Notes: generated by a model from the sequence alone, not told the origin. DNA of 19,430 nt from a virus (IMGVR_UViG_2920292642_000002:1-19430), one strand, 5' to 3'. Numbered from the stretch's first letter, positions 6,880-15,218 are shown. A program made the numbers and translations.

Positions 6880-9120
6880 TTAACGGACCGGGCAAGCTCC
6901 CGTGGCGCAATCCTCGATCGCGACGCCGTCGTAGGAGTTGTCGTCGTCAAGGATCAAAGGCTTGAGATTCTTGACATAGGCGTCATAGGTCGACTGCGCC
7001 ACGACCTCCTGCGGCAGGTACGGGTGGCCCAACTGCTCGGCCGTCTTGGTCACGTCCGGACGTTCCAAGAACGACACTCCGATGAAGTGGTCCCACCAGT
7101 CGTCCAACCACTCGACGATCTCGGAAACTTCGTGTGGCTCGAAGGCGACCGTAATCGAGCAATTGTGCTGGACGTAGTGATCCATCAGCGTCCTGTACCG
7201 TTCAAGCTGAACGACGGCCGGCTCGGCGTCGACGAAGATCGTCTCCTTGACCCCGTTGACCACGCGCTCGACGGGCGTGAGTCCCTTTTGATCGTACTTC
7301 ACAGGGAAGCGGATCAGCTTTTCCGTGACCTGCTGGTCCTTACCGACCGGCTTGTCGAAGACGTAGTAGCCGGCGTCGAGCGCCTTCTTCACCAACGGAT
7401 CGTGGATCGAGACGGCGACGTTGTTGAAGATGTGCTCGGCCTTCGGCTGATGCGCACCTTCCTTGATCTCGTCTCCGTCCTCGCCCATGGCCTTGGAGCC
7501 GGTGCCATTCGGCTGAACCTGTGTCACCAACGCCGGGCGCGGCGTGCCGAGTTCGTCAGCCATGGAGTTCGCAGCCCAGACGGCGACCTTCTTGAACCCG
7601 TCCAGCATTTCGGCGTTGTCCGCGTACTCCCAATCGACATAGCCGGTCGGGCTGACGCCGCAGAGGCGCAACAGCTTGTTGTTGTCGTCCCACGCCGTCT
7701 GGAGGACGCCGTCGCGCATCGACACGCAGGTCTGCCGGTAGTTGGCGCGCGCCAGAATGTAGGCGGCACGGTGCAGCGCAGGGAGATCACCATTGAAGCG
7801 ATGCATGACGATCTGCACGAGGTTGCAGAAGCCCTTGGACGGCAAAATGATCTCCGCACACGGGTTGCAACCATCGGCCCACGGCGCGCGCTTCTTAGCA
7901 TGTGCCATGTTGTAGAAGCCGGGCTCGCCCGAAAGCTGGATCGAGACGAACATCCGCACAAGCTCTTCGATCGTCGGCTTGCGCATGAACGTGAGCGAGT
8001 TGTTCGACTGGCCGCGCCAGTAGCGATCCGGGTAGTAGTTGTCCTTTGCCTTGGCGAAGCGCTCGGCGTCCGGGTGATCGGCATCAAGAAGCGCGATCTG
8101 GGCGGAGCGGCGCGACGACAGGACGGTGCCGAGGGCGTTGACGATGTCGAGGATGTCGATCGCGTCCAGCGCGCGGCCGGCCGCGTTGTTCATCACGTCG
8201 ATGATGATCTTGAGGCCGTCGCGCAGCGGCTCCCAGCCAGAGGAAATCCAACCATAGCCGCGCAGGCGCTGACCGGCCGGGCGAAGCTGGCTGAAGTCGA
8301 GCACGAGCTTCTTGGCGCGGTACTTCTTGGCCATGAGCGTGCCGGCGAGCTTCGCCCACGCCTTGGCACTGTCGCCGACGACGATCCGCCACTCACCCGT
8401 CTCCGGGTTGAAGGTGTTGGTGTTCTTCTCCTGACCGCCGCGCCCGGCACGCGTCGACGCAACGAACTCCACCTTCTCGATCCGCTGGCCGAAGCCAGAC
8501 AGGAGACCGGGCTGCGGACGAAAGCCCACGCCACAGCCTTGCAACAAAAGCCAAAATGCGTCGACGATGTCGGCCGGAATGCGGATGTCGGTGAAGGAGC
8601 AGTTGAACGCCGCGCTCGGCCGCTCACGGATCACGTCGGTGCCGGCCATCCACTTGACGCGGCCGGACAGCGAGCCCTTACGCGTGCGGATGATCTCGCG
8701 AAGCTCGGCAAGCTCGGCCTCTTCTTCGGCCGTCAGTTGCCAGAGACGATCATACGCGACAACGATGGCGTCGCGCTTGTGCTTTAGGCGCTCTAGCTCG
8801 GACTCCACCGCAGGAATCTTGGCGAGATCGTCAGCGACATCCTCCAGCCCTTCCATACCGAGGCCGGCAAACTGTCGAGACAGGGACTCAATTTCGAGAA
8901 TCTTGGACCAGAGCGCTTCGATGTCGGTCTGAACCTCTTCGAAGGCGTCCTTCATGTAGCTGTATTTCGCCTTCTTCGCTTCCTCCCAGAGGTAGCGCTG
9001 ATGGCCGATCTGCCGGTCGAGAGAGGCGGCTTTGGTTTCGAGACGGGCTCCACCGTCGACGGCTGGACGAAGATATGTACGGTGCTCTACGAAGGCGGCA
9101 CGCGCGGACTGATTGGCCAT
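6880..9120 (-). CDS. nrdJ: Monomeric class II (adenosylcobalamin-dependent) ribonucleotide reductase, RTPR/NrdJm type
   Basis: RTY...HQRYLWE and SGRVKWMAG N-terminal motifs, AFNCSF, GCNPCAEIILPSKGFCNL (thiyl Cys, Glu, Cys), QPNGT, C-terminal CATGACP redox pair. Confidence 0.95.
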   Translation of the reverse strand: MANQSARAAFVEHRTYLRPAVDGGARLETKAASLDRQIGHQRYLWEEAKKAKYSYMKDAFEEVQTDIEALWSKILEIESLSRQFAGLGMEGLEDVADDLAKIPAVESELERLKHKRDAIVVAYDRLWQLTAEEEAELAELREIIRTRKGSLSGRVKWMAGTDVIRERPSAAFNCSFTDIRIPADIVDAFWLLLQGCGVGFRPQPGLLSGFGQRIEKVEFVASTRAGRGGQEKNTNTFNPETGEWRIVVGDSAKAWAKLAGTLMAKKYRAKKLVLDFSQLRPAGQRLRGYGWISSGWEPLRDGLKIIIDVMNNAAGRALDAIDILDIVNALGTVLSSRRSAQIALLDADHPDAERFAKAKDNYYPDRYWRGQSNNSLTFMRKPTIEELVRMFVSIQLSGEPGFYNMAHAKKRAPWADGCNPCAEIILPSKGFCNLVQIVMHRFNGDLPALHRAAYILARANYRQTCVSMRDGVLQTAWDDNNKLLRLCGVSPTGYVDWEYADNAEMLDGFKKVAVWAANSMADELGTPRPALVTQVQPNGTGSKAMGEDGDEIKEGAHQPKAEHIFNNVAVSIHDPLVKKALDAGYYVFDKPVGKDQQVTEKLIRFPVKYDQKGLTPVERVVNGVKETIFVDAEPAVVQLERYRTLMDHYVQHNCSITVAFEPHEVSEIVEWLDDWWDHFIGVSFLERPDVTKTAEQLGHPYLPQEVVAQSTYDAYVKNLKPLILDDDNSYDGVAIEDCATGACPVR

Positions 9121-9140
9121 CTAATGTTTCCTATGCACGC

Positions 9141-9175
9141 AGAAAGCCAAACCGGACGCGCTTTCACGCGCCCGG
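9141..9175 (-). terminator. Terminator/attenuator-like hairpin in the nrdJ leader
   Basis: Minus strand CCGGGCGCG-TGAAAG-CGCGTCCGG followed by TTTGGCTTTCT. Confidence 0.55.
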
Positions 9176-9211
9176 CTGGCGCTTGGTTTGGCTCTTGGAG
9201 AGAGAATCCGA

Positions 9212-9240
9212 ATGATAGATATTCTTGACACGCCGGTCAA
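9212..9240 (-). promoter_or_regulatory. Sigma70 promoter upstream of nrdJ, with motif copies 5 (9213-9229) and 6 (9236-9252)
   Basis: TTGACC-N17(GGCGTGTCAAGAATATC)-TATCAT. Confidence 0.75.
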
Positions 9241-9295
9241 AGAAATCTGGTCAGTGGCTCACGATTTAGCGCCACCAGCATCCGGACCCGACTAT

Positions 9296-9658
9296 CTATG
9301 GTACGTCTGGAACTTGAAGGCCTGCCGCCCTTACCAACACGTCTACCCGGACAACCCTGCCGTCCAGTAGATATCCTCGATAGTCACGGCTCATCCTCTT
9401 GCCGAGGATCAGCCGGGCCTTTTCAATCAGGGTAAGGCCATCGTCGTCGGCGACGCGCGGACGCATCACCGGCCTCGGGGCGGTATTGGTCCCCTTGGTC
9501 TTGTGGGACGCGGGAACTCCCAGTTCCGCGATCCACCGTTTCACTCTCGCGAGGGAAACCCCATAGTAGGCGGCGATCTCCTCGCGGTTCATCCCGTTTT
9601 CCCGCAACTTCCGAAGTTCCTCCCGGCTAGGTGTGACCGGGGATGTACCCATTCGCAT
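9296..9658 (-). CDS. HTH DNA-binding protein (120 aa)
   Basis: N-terminal HTH REELRKLRENGMNREEIAAYYGVSLARVKRWI; C-terminal GYLLDGR segment. Confidence 0.8.
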   Translation of the reverse strand: MRMGTSPVTPSREELRKLRENGMNREEIAAYYGVSLARVKRWIAELGVPASHKTKGTNTAPRPVMRPRVADDDGLTLIEKARLILGKRMSRDYRGYLLDGRVVRVDVLVRAAGLQVPDVP

Positions 9659-9914
9659 TCTCCAATTTCATTTCCACTGTGCCCGGAATAATTCCGAACA
9701 TCTGGTTCATACGCTCCAGCACGGTCCCATCCGTGTAGAGCGAGAACATCGCAGCAACCACGGCCATGGAGGTCGTGATCTGTTCACTCTGGTCCTTGGC
9801 CACACCTTGCCCGTCGAGAAACACTTCAAGGCGAATCTTGTCGTCCTGTCGGTACTCCTCCACGACGATCCGGTTCTCTTCGACGAAGACCTTCTCTTTT
9901 ACCTGTTCGTCCAC
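9627..9914 (-). CDS. Hypothetical phage protein (95 aa, GTG start)
   Basis: AGGAG RBS upstream of GTG 9914. Confidence 0.75.
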   Translation of the reverse strand: MDEQVKEKVFVEENRIVVEEYRQDDKIRLEVFLDGQGVAKDQSEQITTSMAVVAAMFSLYTDGTVLERMNQMFGIIPGTVEMKLENANGYIPGHT

Positions 9915-9939
9915 TACGCAAACTCCTGTTAGGAATGTT

Positions 9940-9969
9940 ATCCTAAACCGATCAACCTATACGTGTCGA
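9940..9969 (-). promoter_or_regulatory. Putative sigma70 promoter for the 95-aa/HTH operon
   Basis: TCGACA (9969-9964) with TAGGAT (9945-9940, 18-nt spacer) or TTAGGA (17-nt spacer). Confidence 0.55.
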
Positions 9970-9984
9970 GAACGAATTAGGAAC
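9970..9984. promoter_or_regulatory. Alphaproteobacterial LexA (SOS) box
   Basis: GAAC-GAATTAG-GAAC is an exact GAAC-N7-GAAC match; intergenic and abutting the -35. Confidence 0.7.
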
Positions 9985-9989
9985 GCCGG

Positions 9990-10910
9990 TCAGCGATCCC
10001 AAATCGTGTCGTCGGCGACGAGCGCGCGGAACTGGACCCACGACCGAAAATTCCGGGTCATAAGGTGCTTGCCGGATTGCTCGGACGGCGTGGCCTGATG
10101 CTCGGTCGGCGAGGCATGAACCGGCGCGGAAATAGCCAGCCGGTTGAACAGCTTGCCGTCCTCCTTGAAATCGGTGGGCTTGCCTTCGTGCGTGCGATAG
10201 CTCACGCGAGCGCAGCGCGCCGCCGAGACAATGCACTTGACGGCATCGAGTGTCGTGTCGAAGTAGGCCGAGCGCGAGTTGTGGCCGATTCCGACTGCAC
10301 TCAACCCTTCCGCAGCCCAGTCAGTCTCACAGGTGCGCAGTCGCATATTATCCTCGTCGAGGATGTAGGGTGTGTGCCAATCGTAAAGGTTCAAAACCTT
10401 CGGGGTCGAGTGCAGACGCGCCTCGATAACAGCCTGCGCCAGATCGCGGATTTCCGGCTGGGCGTCCTTGTGGTTCCGCAGACCCTCCCAGTTCGCCCAG
10501 TCGGTCGCAGTCAGGACCGTGCGCGTCGACAGGAACGGCTCGATCACCCGGTTGACGATCTGCTTGGCGAAGCCGAGCGAGTGGAGCTTGAGAGCATGGC
10601 GGATTGCATCCGACCGCGCCTCATTCCAGATGCGCCGTCCTTCCGCCTCAAGCTGGTCGTCGGCGTGGGTGAAGGCCTGCATACCGGACTGGTCAAGGCC
10701 CCATTCCAGCGGCTCCACCATCTCGCGCAAGCAGTTTGCAACCAACTTCTCGGTCGGGATCGCCCGGCTTGACGCACCGTTGCGCGAGAACGCCCGATGC
10801 GTGTTGAACTCGGGCAGCACGTAGCGGTGGTAGTGAAGCTCCAGCGACGTGATGCGGGTGTCGTCGATCGCCGAGACGGAGTCGGCGAGAATCTTCGCGG
10901 AAATCTCCAT
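9990..10910 (-). CDS. thyX: Flavin-dependent thymidylate synthase (ThyX-like)
   Basis: THRAFSRNGASSR (RHR-X7-S variant), ARCARVSY, SPTEHQA. Confidence 0.9.
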   Translation of the reverse strand: MEISAKILADSVSAIDDTRITSLELHYHRYVLPEFNTHRAFSRNGASSRAIPTEKLVANCLREMVEPLEWGLDQSGMQAFTHADDQLEAEGRRIWNEARSDAIRHALKLHSLGFAKQIVNRVIEPFLSTRTVLTATDWANWEGLRNHKDAQPEIRDLAQAVIEARLHSTPKVLNLYDWHTPYILDEDNMRLRTCETDWAAEGLSAVGIGHNSRSAYFDTTLDAVKCIVSAARCARVSYRTHEGKPTDFKEDGKLFNRLAISAPVHASPTEHQATPSEQSGKHLMTRNFRSWVQFRALVADDTIWDR

Positions 10911-11473
10911 CAGATGAGACCCCGCATTCTGGTCGCGGCTTGCAGCAGACGGAAGGCAGCTTCGTCCAACTGATCCATCGAACCGTGGTTGTAGATCGTG
11001 AAGTCGACCTCGATCTGATCCATCAGGACTTCGGACGGATGCGGATCGGTGCTGGTCGTGCCCGGCCGGACGACGCGAACCTTGACGCCGCCGTGATCGT
11101 CAACGAACGTTGCCTCGTGCGGGAAGCGCATGTCCGTGATGATGACGCCTTCGGTGCTTTGGACCTTGGCCTTGACGATATCGGTCCAGAGGTCCTTGCC
11201 GATAGTGTCGCGCCACTCCGTGCCGAGCGTCTGCATTGCGTGCCGCGTGGACTTATCCTGCAACACAACCAGCGGCTCTTCCTTCTCAGCCTCGGAGCCG
11301 TTGACGCGGCGCTCGGCCTCCTCTGCACTCATCCCCGAAGACATGAGCAGGAACTTGATCATCCCCTTGAGCGTGCCGGCGAAGGCAATCCGCTCGTATC
11401 CGGTCTCTTCGGCAATCATGGAGGCGACGGTGTCCTTACCGCTCCTCTTCTTGCCGGTCATCGCAATCAGCAT
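10910..11473 (-). CDS. Deoxynucleoside monophosphate kinase (T4 gp1-like)
   Basis: N-terminal P-loop GKKRSGKDT, TRHAMQTLGTEW, ITDMRFPHE, HPSE. Confidence 0.9.
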   Translation of the reverse strand: MLIAMTGKKRSGKDTVASMIAEETGYERIAFAGTLKGMIKFLLMSSGMSAEEAERRVNGSEAEKEEPLVVLQDKSTRHAMQTLGTEWRDTIGKDLWTDIVKAKVQSTEGVIITDMRFPHEATFVDDHGGVKVRVVRPGTTSTDPHPSEVLMDQIEVDFTIYNHGSMDQLDEAAFRLLQAATRMRGLI

Positions 11474-11484
11474 GGTCTCTCCTT

Positions 11485-11501
11485 GTTAAGAATTACTGGA
11501 C
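11485..11501. promoter_or_regulatory. Operator-like motif, copy 7
   Basis: GTTAAGAATTACTGGAC(ACG), overlapping the stop of the 121-aa gene and directly before the AAGGAG RBS of the kinase. Confidence 0.75.
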
Positions 11502-11851
11502 ACGGCGGGCGAAACTTCGCCGGGGTCGTCGAAAGCGCTCGTGTAGGCTGGCTGCAACTCCATCGGGTGATACGCCTTGCTCAAGTCGATCGCGGGCAAT
11601 GCGTCGCCGGGGAAGTCGAGTGGCCGGAACAGCGGGCGAGTCCAATCCCGCTCTTCCTCCACGGTAGTGATCCCGCGCTCGATCAGCACGCCTTGAATGT
11701 AGCCGAGCCAGCGGTTGGCCTTCTCGATCGGCATGCCGGCGCGGCAGCCCTCGATAAGCTCCTCCCGAAGCTTGTGCAGTTTCGAGTCCGAGGGGTTCCA
11801 GTTCTCGTAACGCAGTGCGACTAGAATGATGGCTTGATGGTAAGGCGTCAT
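11486..11851 (-). CDS. Hypothetical phage protein (121 aa)
   Basis: GAGG RBS; KANRWLGYIQGVL segment of a type seen in small phage proteins. Confidence 0.8.
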   Translation of the reverse strand: MTPYHQAIILVALRYENWNPSDSKLHKLREELIEGCRAGMPIEKANRWLGYIQGVLIERGITTVEEERDWTRPLFRPLDFPGDALPAIDLSKAYHPMELQPAYTSAFDDPGEVSPAVSSNS

Positions 11852-11858
11852 CGGGTCC

Positions 11859-13268
11859 TCAGATTACGAGCGTCAGCCGTTCCGCTGCGCGGGTCACGGC
11901 GGTGTAGAGCCAGCGACTGGCGTCGGCCCGGAACACATTGGACTGGTCGTGCACCACGACCTCATCCCACTGCGAGCCCTGCGCCTTGTGGCAGGTGATC
12001 GCGTAGGCGTAGTCGACCTCGTGCACGTTCGGCGTCTGCCGGGCGCGGAACACGTCACGCTTCGGCGCGCTCGGGTTGTTCTTGCCTCGGTAGTGTTCCT
12101 CCGGCACGGCCTGAAGGCACTTCAGTTCGTAGTCGCGACCGTCCTCGGCCGTGATCGCCATATTGAAAGTGATCGAGCCTTCATTCAGATAGCCGACATC
12201 GTCCTTGACGAAGGCCATCGTCCCGTTGACCAGCGCCGGGTGCTGCTGACTGTTCTTGGTGACGATCATCATCTCGCCGGCACAGGGACCGAGGCCGTGC
12301 ATGCCGGACAGCTTCCGCAGTTTGCGGGTGATCTGCCACCGCTTCTCATGCGTGCCGACGATGATCTGCGCATCGAGATCGAGGTCGAACGTCTTGTCGT
12401 CCTGATGTGGCTCGATAACGCGCAACAGACCGTCACCATGCGAGCCATAAGGCACGTCGTCACCCTCGCGGATGCGCATGGATGCCCAGATAATCGGGTT
12501 GTCCGCTGCCTGCCGGTGGATTTCGGTCAGGGCTGCGTCAGCGACGCGGTTGCAGAAGCCGGGTCCGGATGGATCGACCGGAGGCAACTGGCCGGGATCG
12601 CCGATCGCGAGAATTGGGACACCGAAGCCTCGCAGGTCGTCGGCCATGTTGGCGTCGACCATCGAACATTCGTCGACGACGATCAGATGCGCGCCACGAA
12701 CGGACGGCGAATCCGGGTTCAACTGGAAGCGCGGACTGTTCTCGTCATAGGCGCGCTCAAGGTCACGTTCCCACTGCTTCACACGGCGTGCAGCTTCGCG
12801 GATGAGTGCAGAGTTGCCGGAGGACTGGATGTCCTTGAACTCGGCCTGCGCGCGGAAAAGTTCCTGCTCAATCTGGTAGGCCTTCATCGCCTTGGGCTGA
12901 TAAATGGCCTTGTGGATCGTGGTCGCCGTGGCAGTCATCTTCTCGGCGTGCAGCTTCTTCGTCATGACCTTCGCGGCCTTGCCGGTCGGGCTGCAAAAGA
13001 CGATCTGGTTCGGGGCGAGGCCGGTCGCCTCAACCAGAAACGGAAGCACGGTCGACTTGCCAGTGCCGGCAAAGCCGTTCAGGAGAAAGAACGGAGCCTT
13101 GTCGAGGCCGCGATCGACCACGGTCTCGGCATACTGCTCGCCGGTCTGGGCGTCGTACATGTGCCGGAGCGATTCCTGCGCGGCCGGCAGTTCTTTGTAC
13201 CAGTCCCGCCAAGTCAGGATCGCCTTGTCCTGTTGCGGGCTAAGTGTGATGCTCACTTTTGGCCTCAC
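11859..13268 (-). CDS. SF1B helicase, RecD/Dda-like
   Basis: GFAGTGKST (I), SPTGKAA (Ia), IVVDECSMV (II), GDPGQLPPV (III), LTEIHRQ (IV), YAITCHKAQGSQW (V), LYTAVTRA (VI). Confidence 0.95.
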   Translation of the reverse strand: MRPKVSITLSPQQDKAILTWRDWYKELPAAQESLRHMYDAQTGEQYAETVVDRGLDKAPFFLLNGFAGTGKSTVLPFLVEATGLAPNQIVFCSPTGKAAKVMTKKLHAEKMTATATTIHKAIYQPKAMKAYQIEQELFRAQAEFKDIQSSGNSALIREAARRVKQWERDLERAYDENSPRFQLNPDSPSVRGAHLIVVDECSMVDANMADDLRGFGVPILAIGDPGQLPPVDPSGPGFCNRVADAALTEIHRQAADNPIIWASMRIREGDDVPYGSHGDGLLRVIEPHQDDKTFDLDLDAQIIVGTHEKRWQITRKLRKLSGMHGLGPCAGEMMIVTKNSQQHPALVNGTMAFVKDDVGYLNEGSITFNMAITAEDGRDYELKCLQAVPEEHYRGKNNPSAPKRDVFRARQTPNVHEVDYAYAITCHKAQGSQWDEVVVHDQSNVFRADASRWLYTAVTRAAERLTLVI

Positions 13269-13497
13269 TGAACGACATTTCGTCGATGATGGTGATTGGA
13301 GCTTCGGTCTCGATCCACGCCTTCGCGCCGCATTTCAGGCCGGTCGGATCGTAGACGGCGATGGACGGGCCGTGGATATCGACTCCACGGCCGTACCTCG
13401 TCTTCCCGCCGATCTTGATCGTGTAGACCGGGCGGTTGCCACCATCGCGCTTGTTGAACGCGATGAACTGGCGGTTGACGTGGATGATCGCCTTCAT
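13240..13497 (-). CDS. Conserved-type phage hypothetical protein (85 aa)
   Basis: IHVN...PVYTIK...GPS..VY...LKCGAKAWIET pattern; ATGA overlap at 13494-13497. Confidence 0.8.
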   Translation of the reverse strand: MKAIIHVNRQFIAFNKRDGGNRPVYTIKIGGKTRYGRGVDIHGPSIAVYDPTGLKCGAKAWIETEAPITIIDEMSFSEAKSEHHT

Positions 13498-13766
13498 GCC
13501 AGCCAGATGATCCCGGTCTTTCCGGACCTGAGCTTCTTGCGCTCGCCGGAGTCCACCACGATGCCGGCGTTGCGAAGCTCGGTGATGCGCGGCCGGACCG
13601 ACAGCGGCGAAAGCTTCAGCGCCTCCGCGACCTCGTCACAGGTCATCGGCTCCTCCCGCAGGAGTTCGAGGACGCGCTGGCGCATTGATTTCGCGTTCGC
13701 GGTGGAAGGCATCGCCGCAAACGACGTGTCGGTGTTCTGGTGTCCGATTCCGTTGACGTACGACAT
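13494..13766 (-). CDS. Winged-helix DNA-binding protein (90 aa)
   Basis: RVLELLREEPMTCDEVAEALKLSPLSVRPRITELRNAGIVVDSG. Confidence 0.85.
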   Translation of the reverse strand: MSYVNGIGHQNTDTSFAAMPSTANAKSMRQRVLELLREEPMTCDEVAEALKLSPLSVRPRITELRNAGIVVDSGERKKLRSGKTGIIWLA

Positions 13767-13768
13767 GG

Positions 13769-14917
13769 TCAGTCCTTCCTCCCGCCCGGATGAAAATCGA
13801 TGGCGACCGGCGCACGCAACTTGCCGTCAGGCGTGCGCTGCTTCATGTACCGGACGGTCACCGGGTGGCCGACGTAGTGCTCGGCATTCACGAGCAGCGC
13901 GGCGCAGAACTCGAAGCTTCCACGGATGCCGGCTTCATTGGTGCGGCCGTCCTCAAGCTCGACGACCACACGCTTGGCTTTGCCGGCCCAGTTGCCGTTG
14001 CCTTCCTCGATCGCGAGAAGCTTGAACTCCTTGGCCTCGAAGTCCTTGCGCTTGAGCAGGTGCTTGGAGCGGGTGTGCTCGTAGGGTGCGCGCATGGTGC
14101 GCACCATCTGACCCTCGTAGCCTTCCTCCAGCCACTGTTCGAGCAACTGGTCGAGGCCGGCCTGATCCTCAACCTCGAAGGTCGGAACGAGCACGATGTT
14201 CGGGCAGTCGAACTCGTGGCGGAACATCCTATCCAGTTCGTCCACGCGATCCGTCGTCGGACCAAAGGCGGCCTCGGCAATGTCGTAGACGTGGTACTGG
14301 ATGAGGTCGCGCTGCTGCTTGGCGAACTCGGCGCGCTGCTGCTCCTCCGTGACGCCGGCCTTCAGCGCCTTCTTGTCCACCTTGAAACCCTTCCGGATGA
14401 CGGAGGTCAGGGTGTTGAAGTCGTCCTTGTAGGCGTGGTTGTAGAGTTCCCCGTCGAGTACGAGTTCAGGGTATTCATCGAACGCCGGCCGCAACTGCTC
14501 AAGGATGTGGTCGACCGTCGTGATCGGCTGACCCTGACGGGTGGTCGCACCATCGACGGTGATGATGGCGCGGATGCCGTCGAGCTTCGGCTGCGCGAAC
14601 ACCGGGAACGCCAGAGGCCCCTTGAGCTTGTCGTAGTCGCGGGCGAGCATCGGCTGGATGAACACGTCATCCCAGTTGGCGTCATGGTTGCGCCGATACT
14701 TGCGATCGAGCTTCTTCTTTTCCTCGGCCTGCGCCTCGAAAATAGCCTGCTCTGCGGCCGTTGGCTGAGACTTCGGCGTGCAGGAGGTCCAGCCGGACTC
14801 GACGGGTGTACCGTCAACAAGTCCGGAAATTCCGCGCCAGCGAGGGCCGTCAACCTGATACTGCCAGAAGCGCAGGTTGCCCTTGGAGTCGCGGGTGTAA
14901 ATCTTGTCAGAGATCAT
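13769..14917 (-). CDS. lig: ATP-dependent DNA ligase
   Basis: QPKLDGIR (KxDG adenylation site), LDGELY, YHVYD, EGQMVR, LKRK, plus a C-terminal OB domain. Confidence 0.95.
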   Translation of the reverse strand: MISDKIYTRDSKGNLRFWQYQVDGPRWRGISGLVDGTPVESGWTSCTPKSQPTAAEQAIFEAQAEEKKKLDRKYRRNHDANWDDVFIQPMLARDYDKLKGPLAFPVFAQPKLDGIRAIITVDGATTRQGQPITTVDHILEQLRPAFDEYPELVLDGELYNHAYKDDFNTLTSVIRKGFKVDKKALKAGVTEEQQRAEFAKQQRDLIQYHVYDIAEAAFGPTTDRVDELDRMFRHEFDCPNIVLVPTFEVEDQAGLDQLLEQWLEEGYEGQMVRTMRAPYEHTRSKHLLKRKDFEAKEFKLLAIEEGNGNWAGKAKRVVVELEDGRTNEAGIRGSFEFCAALLVNAEHYVGHPVTVRYMKQRTPDGKLRAPVAIDFHPGGRKD

Positions 14918-14936
14918 CGGGAGCCCCGTGTGTTGG

Positions 14937-14967
14937 AGAAAAGGTCCCCGGCGTCGGGAGCCGGGGA
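14937..14967 (-). terminator. Possible intrinsic terminator upstream of the ligase
   Basis: Minus strand TCCCCGGC-N7-GCCGGGGA followed by CCTTTTCT. Confidence 0.5.
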
Positions 14968-14975
14968 GACGGGGA

Positions 14976-15218
14976 TCAGGCGTTGATTTTCGGCAGCGTG
15001 GCGCGGAGAGCGCTTGCGTCCTTGGCCTTCTCGGCGGCGGTCGAAGCGGTGAGCAGGGCGCGGTCGGCGACTTTCTGCGCAGCGACTTCCTTGGCCTTCT
15101 CCTGCGCCTCCAGCTTTTCGATGTAGGCGTCGACGGAGGCGAGTTTGTTCACAGCCTTGTCGAAGGTCTTTCCGTCGATGAGGCCGAGACGGATCAGCAG
15201 TCTAACGATGAGGTCCAT
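14976..15218 (-). CDS. Small Ala/Lys-rich helical protein (80 aa)
   Basis: GAAAGG RBS; amphipathic helical composition. Confidence 0.8.
   Translation of the reverse strand: MDLIVRLLIRLGLIDGKTFDKAVNKLASVDAYIEKLEAQEKAKEVAAQKVADRALLTASTAAEKAKDASALRATLPKINA

Noticed and set aside
6870-6884. CtrA-like site TTAA-CGAAGA-TTAAC, and TTAAC half-sites at 2885, 11485 and 18629
   Set aside because: Spacing is N6, not the canonical TTAA-N7-TTAA, and the others are half-sites better explained by the 17-bp motif. Weak CtrA binding cannot be excluded.
5666-6910. 414-aa version of the intein-like ORF starting at 6910
   Set aside because: The extra 28 codons overlap the nrdJ end and span the predicted promoter; 6826 fits better.
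6959-6975. Additional motif-like match GGCTTGAGATTCTTGAC inside nrdJ
   Set aside because: Only a partial match, explainable by common Val-Lys-Asn codons; not counted as a copy.
7024-8787. 587-aa plus-strand ORF, and similar long plus-strand ORFs (10940-11824, 11949-13271, 12904-14025, 13790-14986, 16212-17441, 17885-18658)
   Set aside because: Antisense shadows of clearly identifiable minus-strand genes, expected with GC-rich codon bias; no recognisable motifs.
9121-9211. Cobalamin riboswitch or NrdR box upstream of nrdJ
   Set aside because: The leader is too short and lacks a B12 box; no NrdR-type palindrome recognised.
9188-9370. 60-aa plus-strand ORF between nrdJ and the HTH gene
   Set aside because: Overlaps the nrdJ promoter/operators and the HTH gene antisense; no matching plus-strand -10 found; SD spacing marginal.
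9990-11473. DNA hypermodification pathway suggested by ThyX, dNMP kinase, HAD and MazG-like genes
   Set aside because: No hydroxymethylase, PurZ, queuosine-pathway or glycosyltransferase gene seen; ordinary dTTP supply explains the set.
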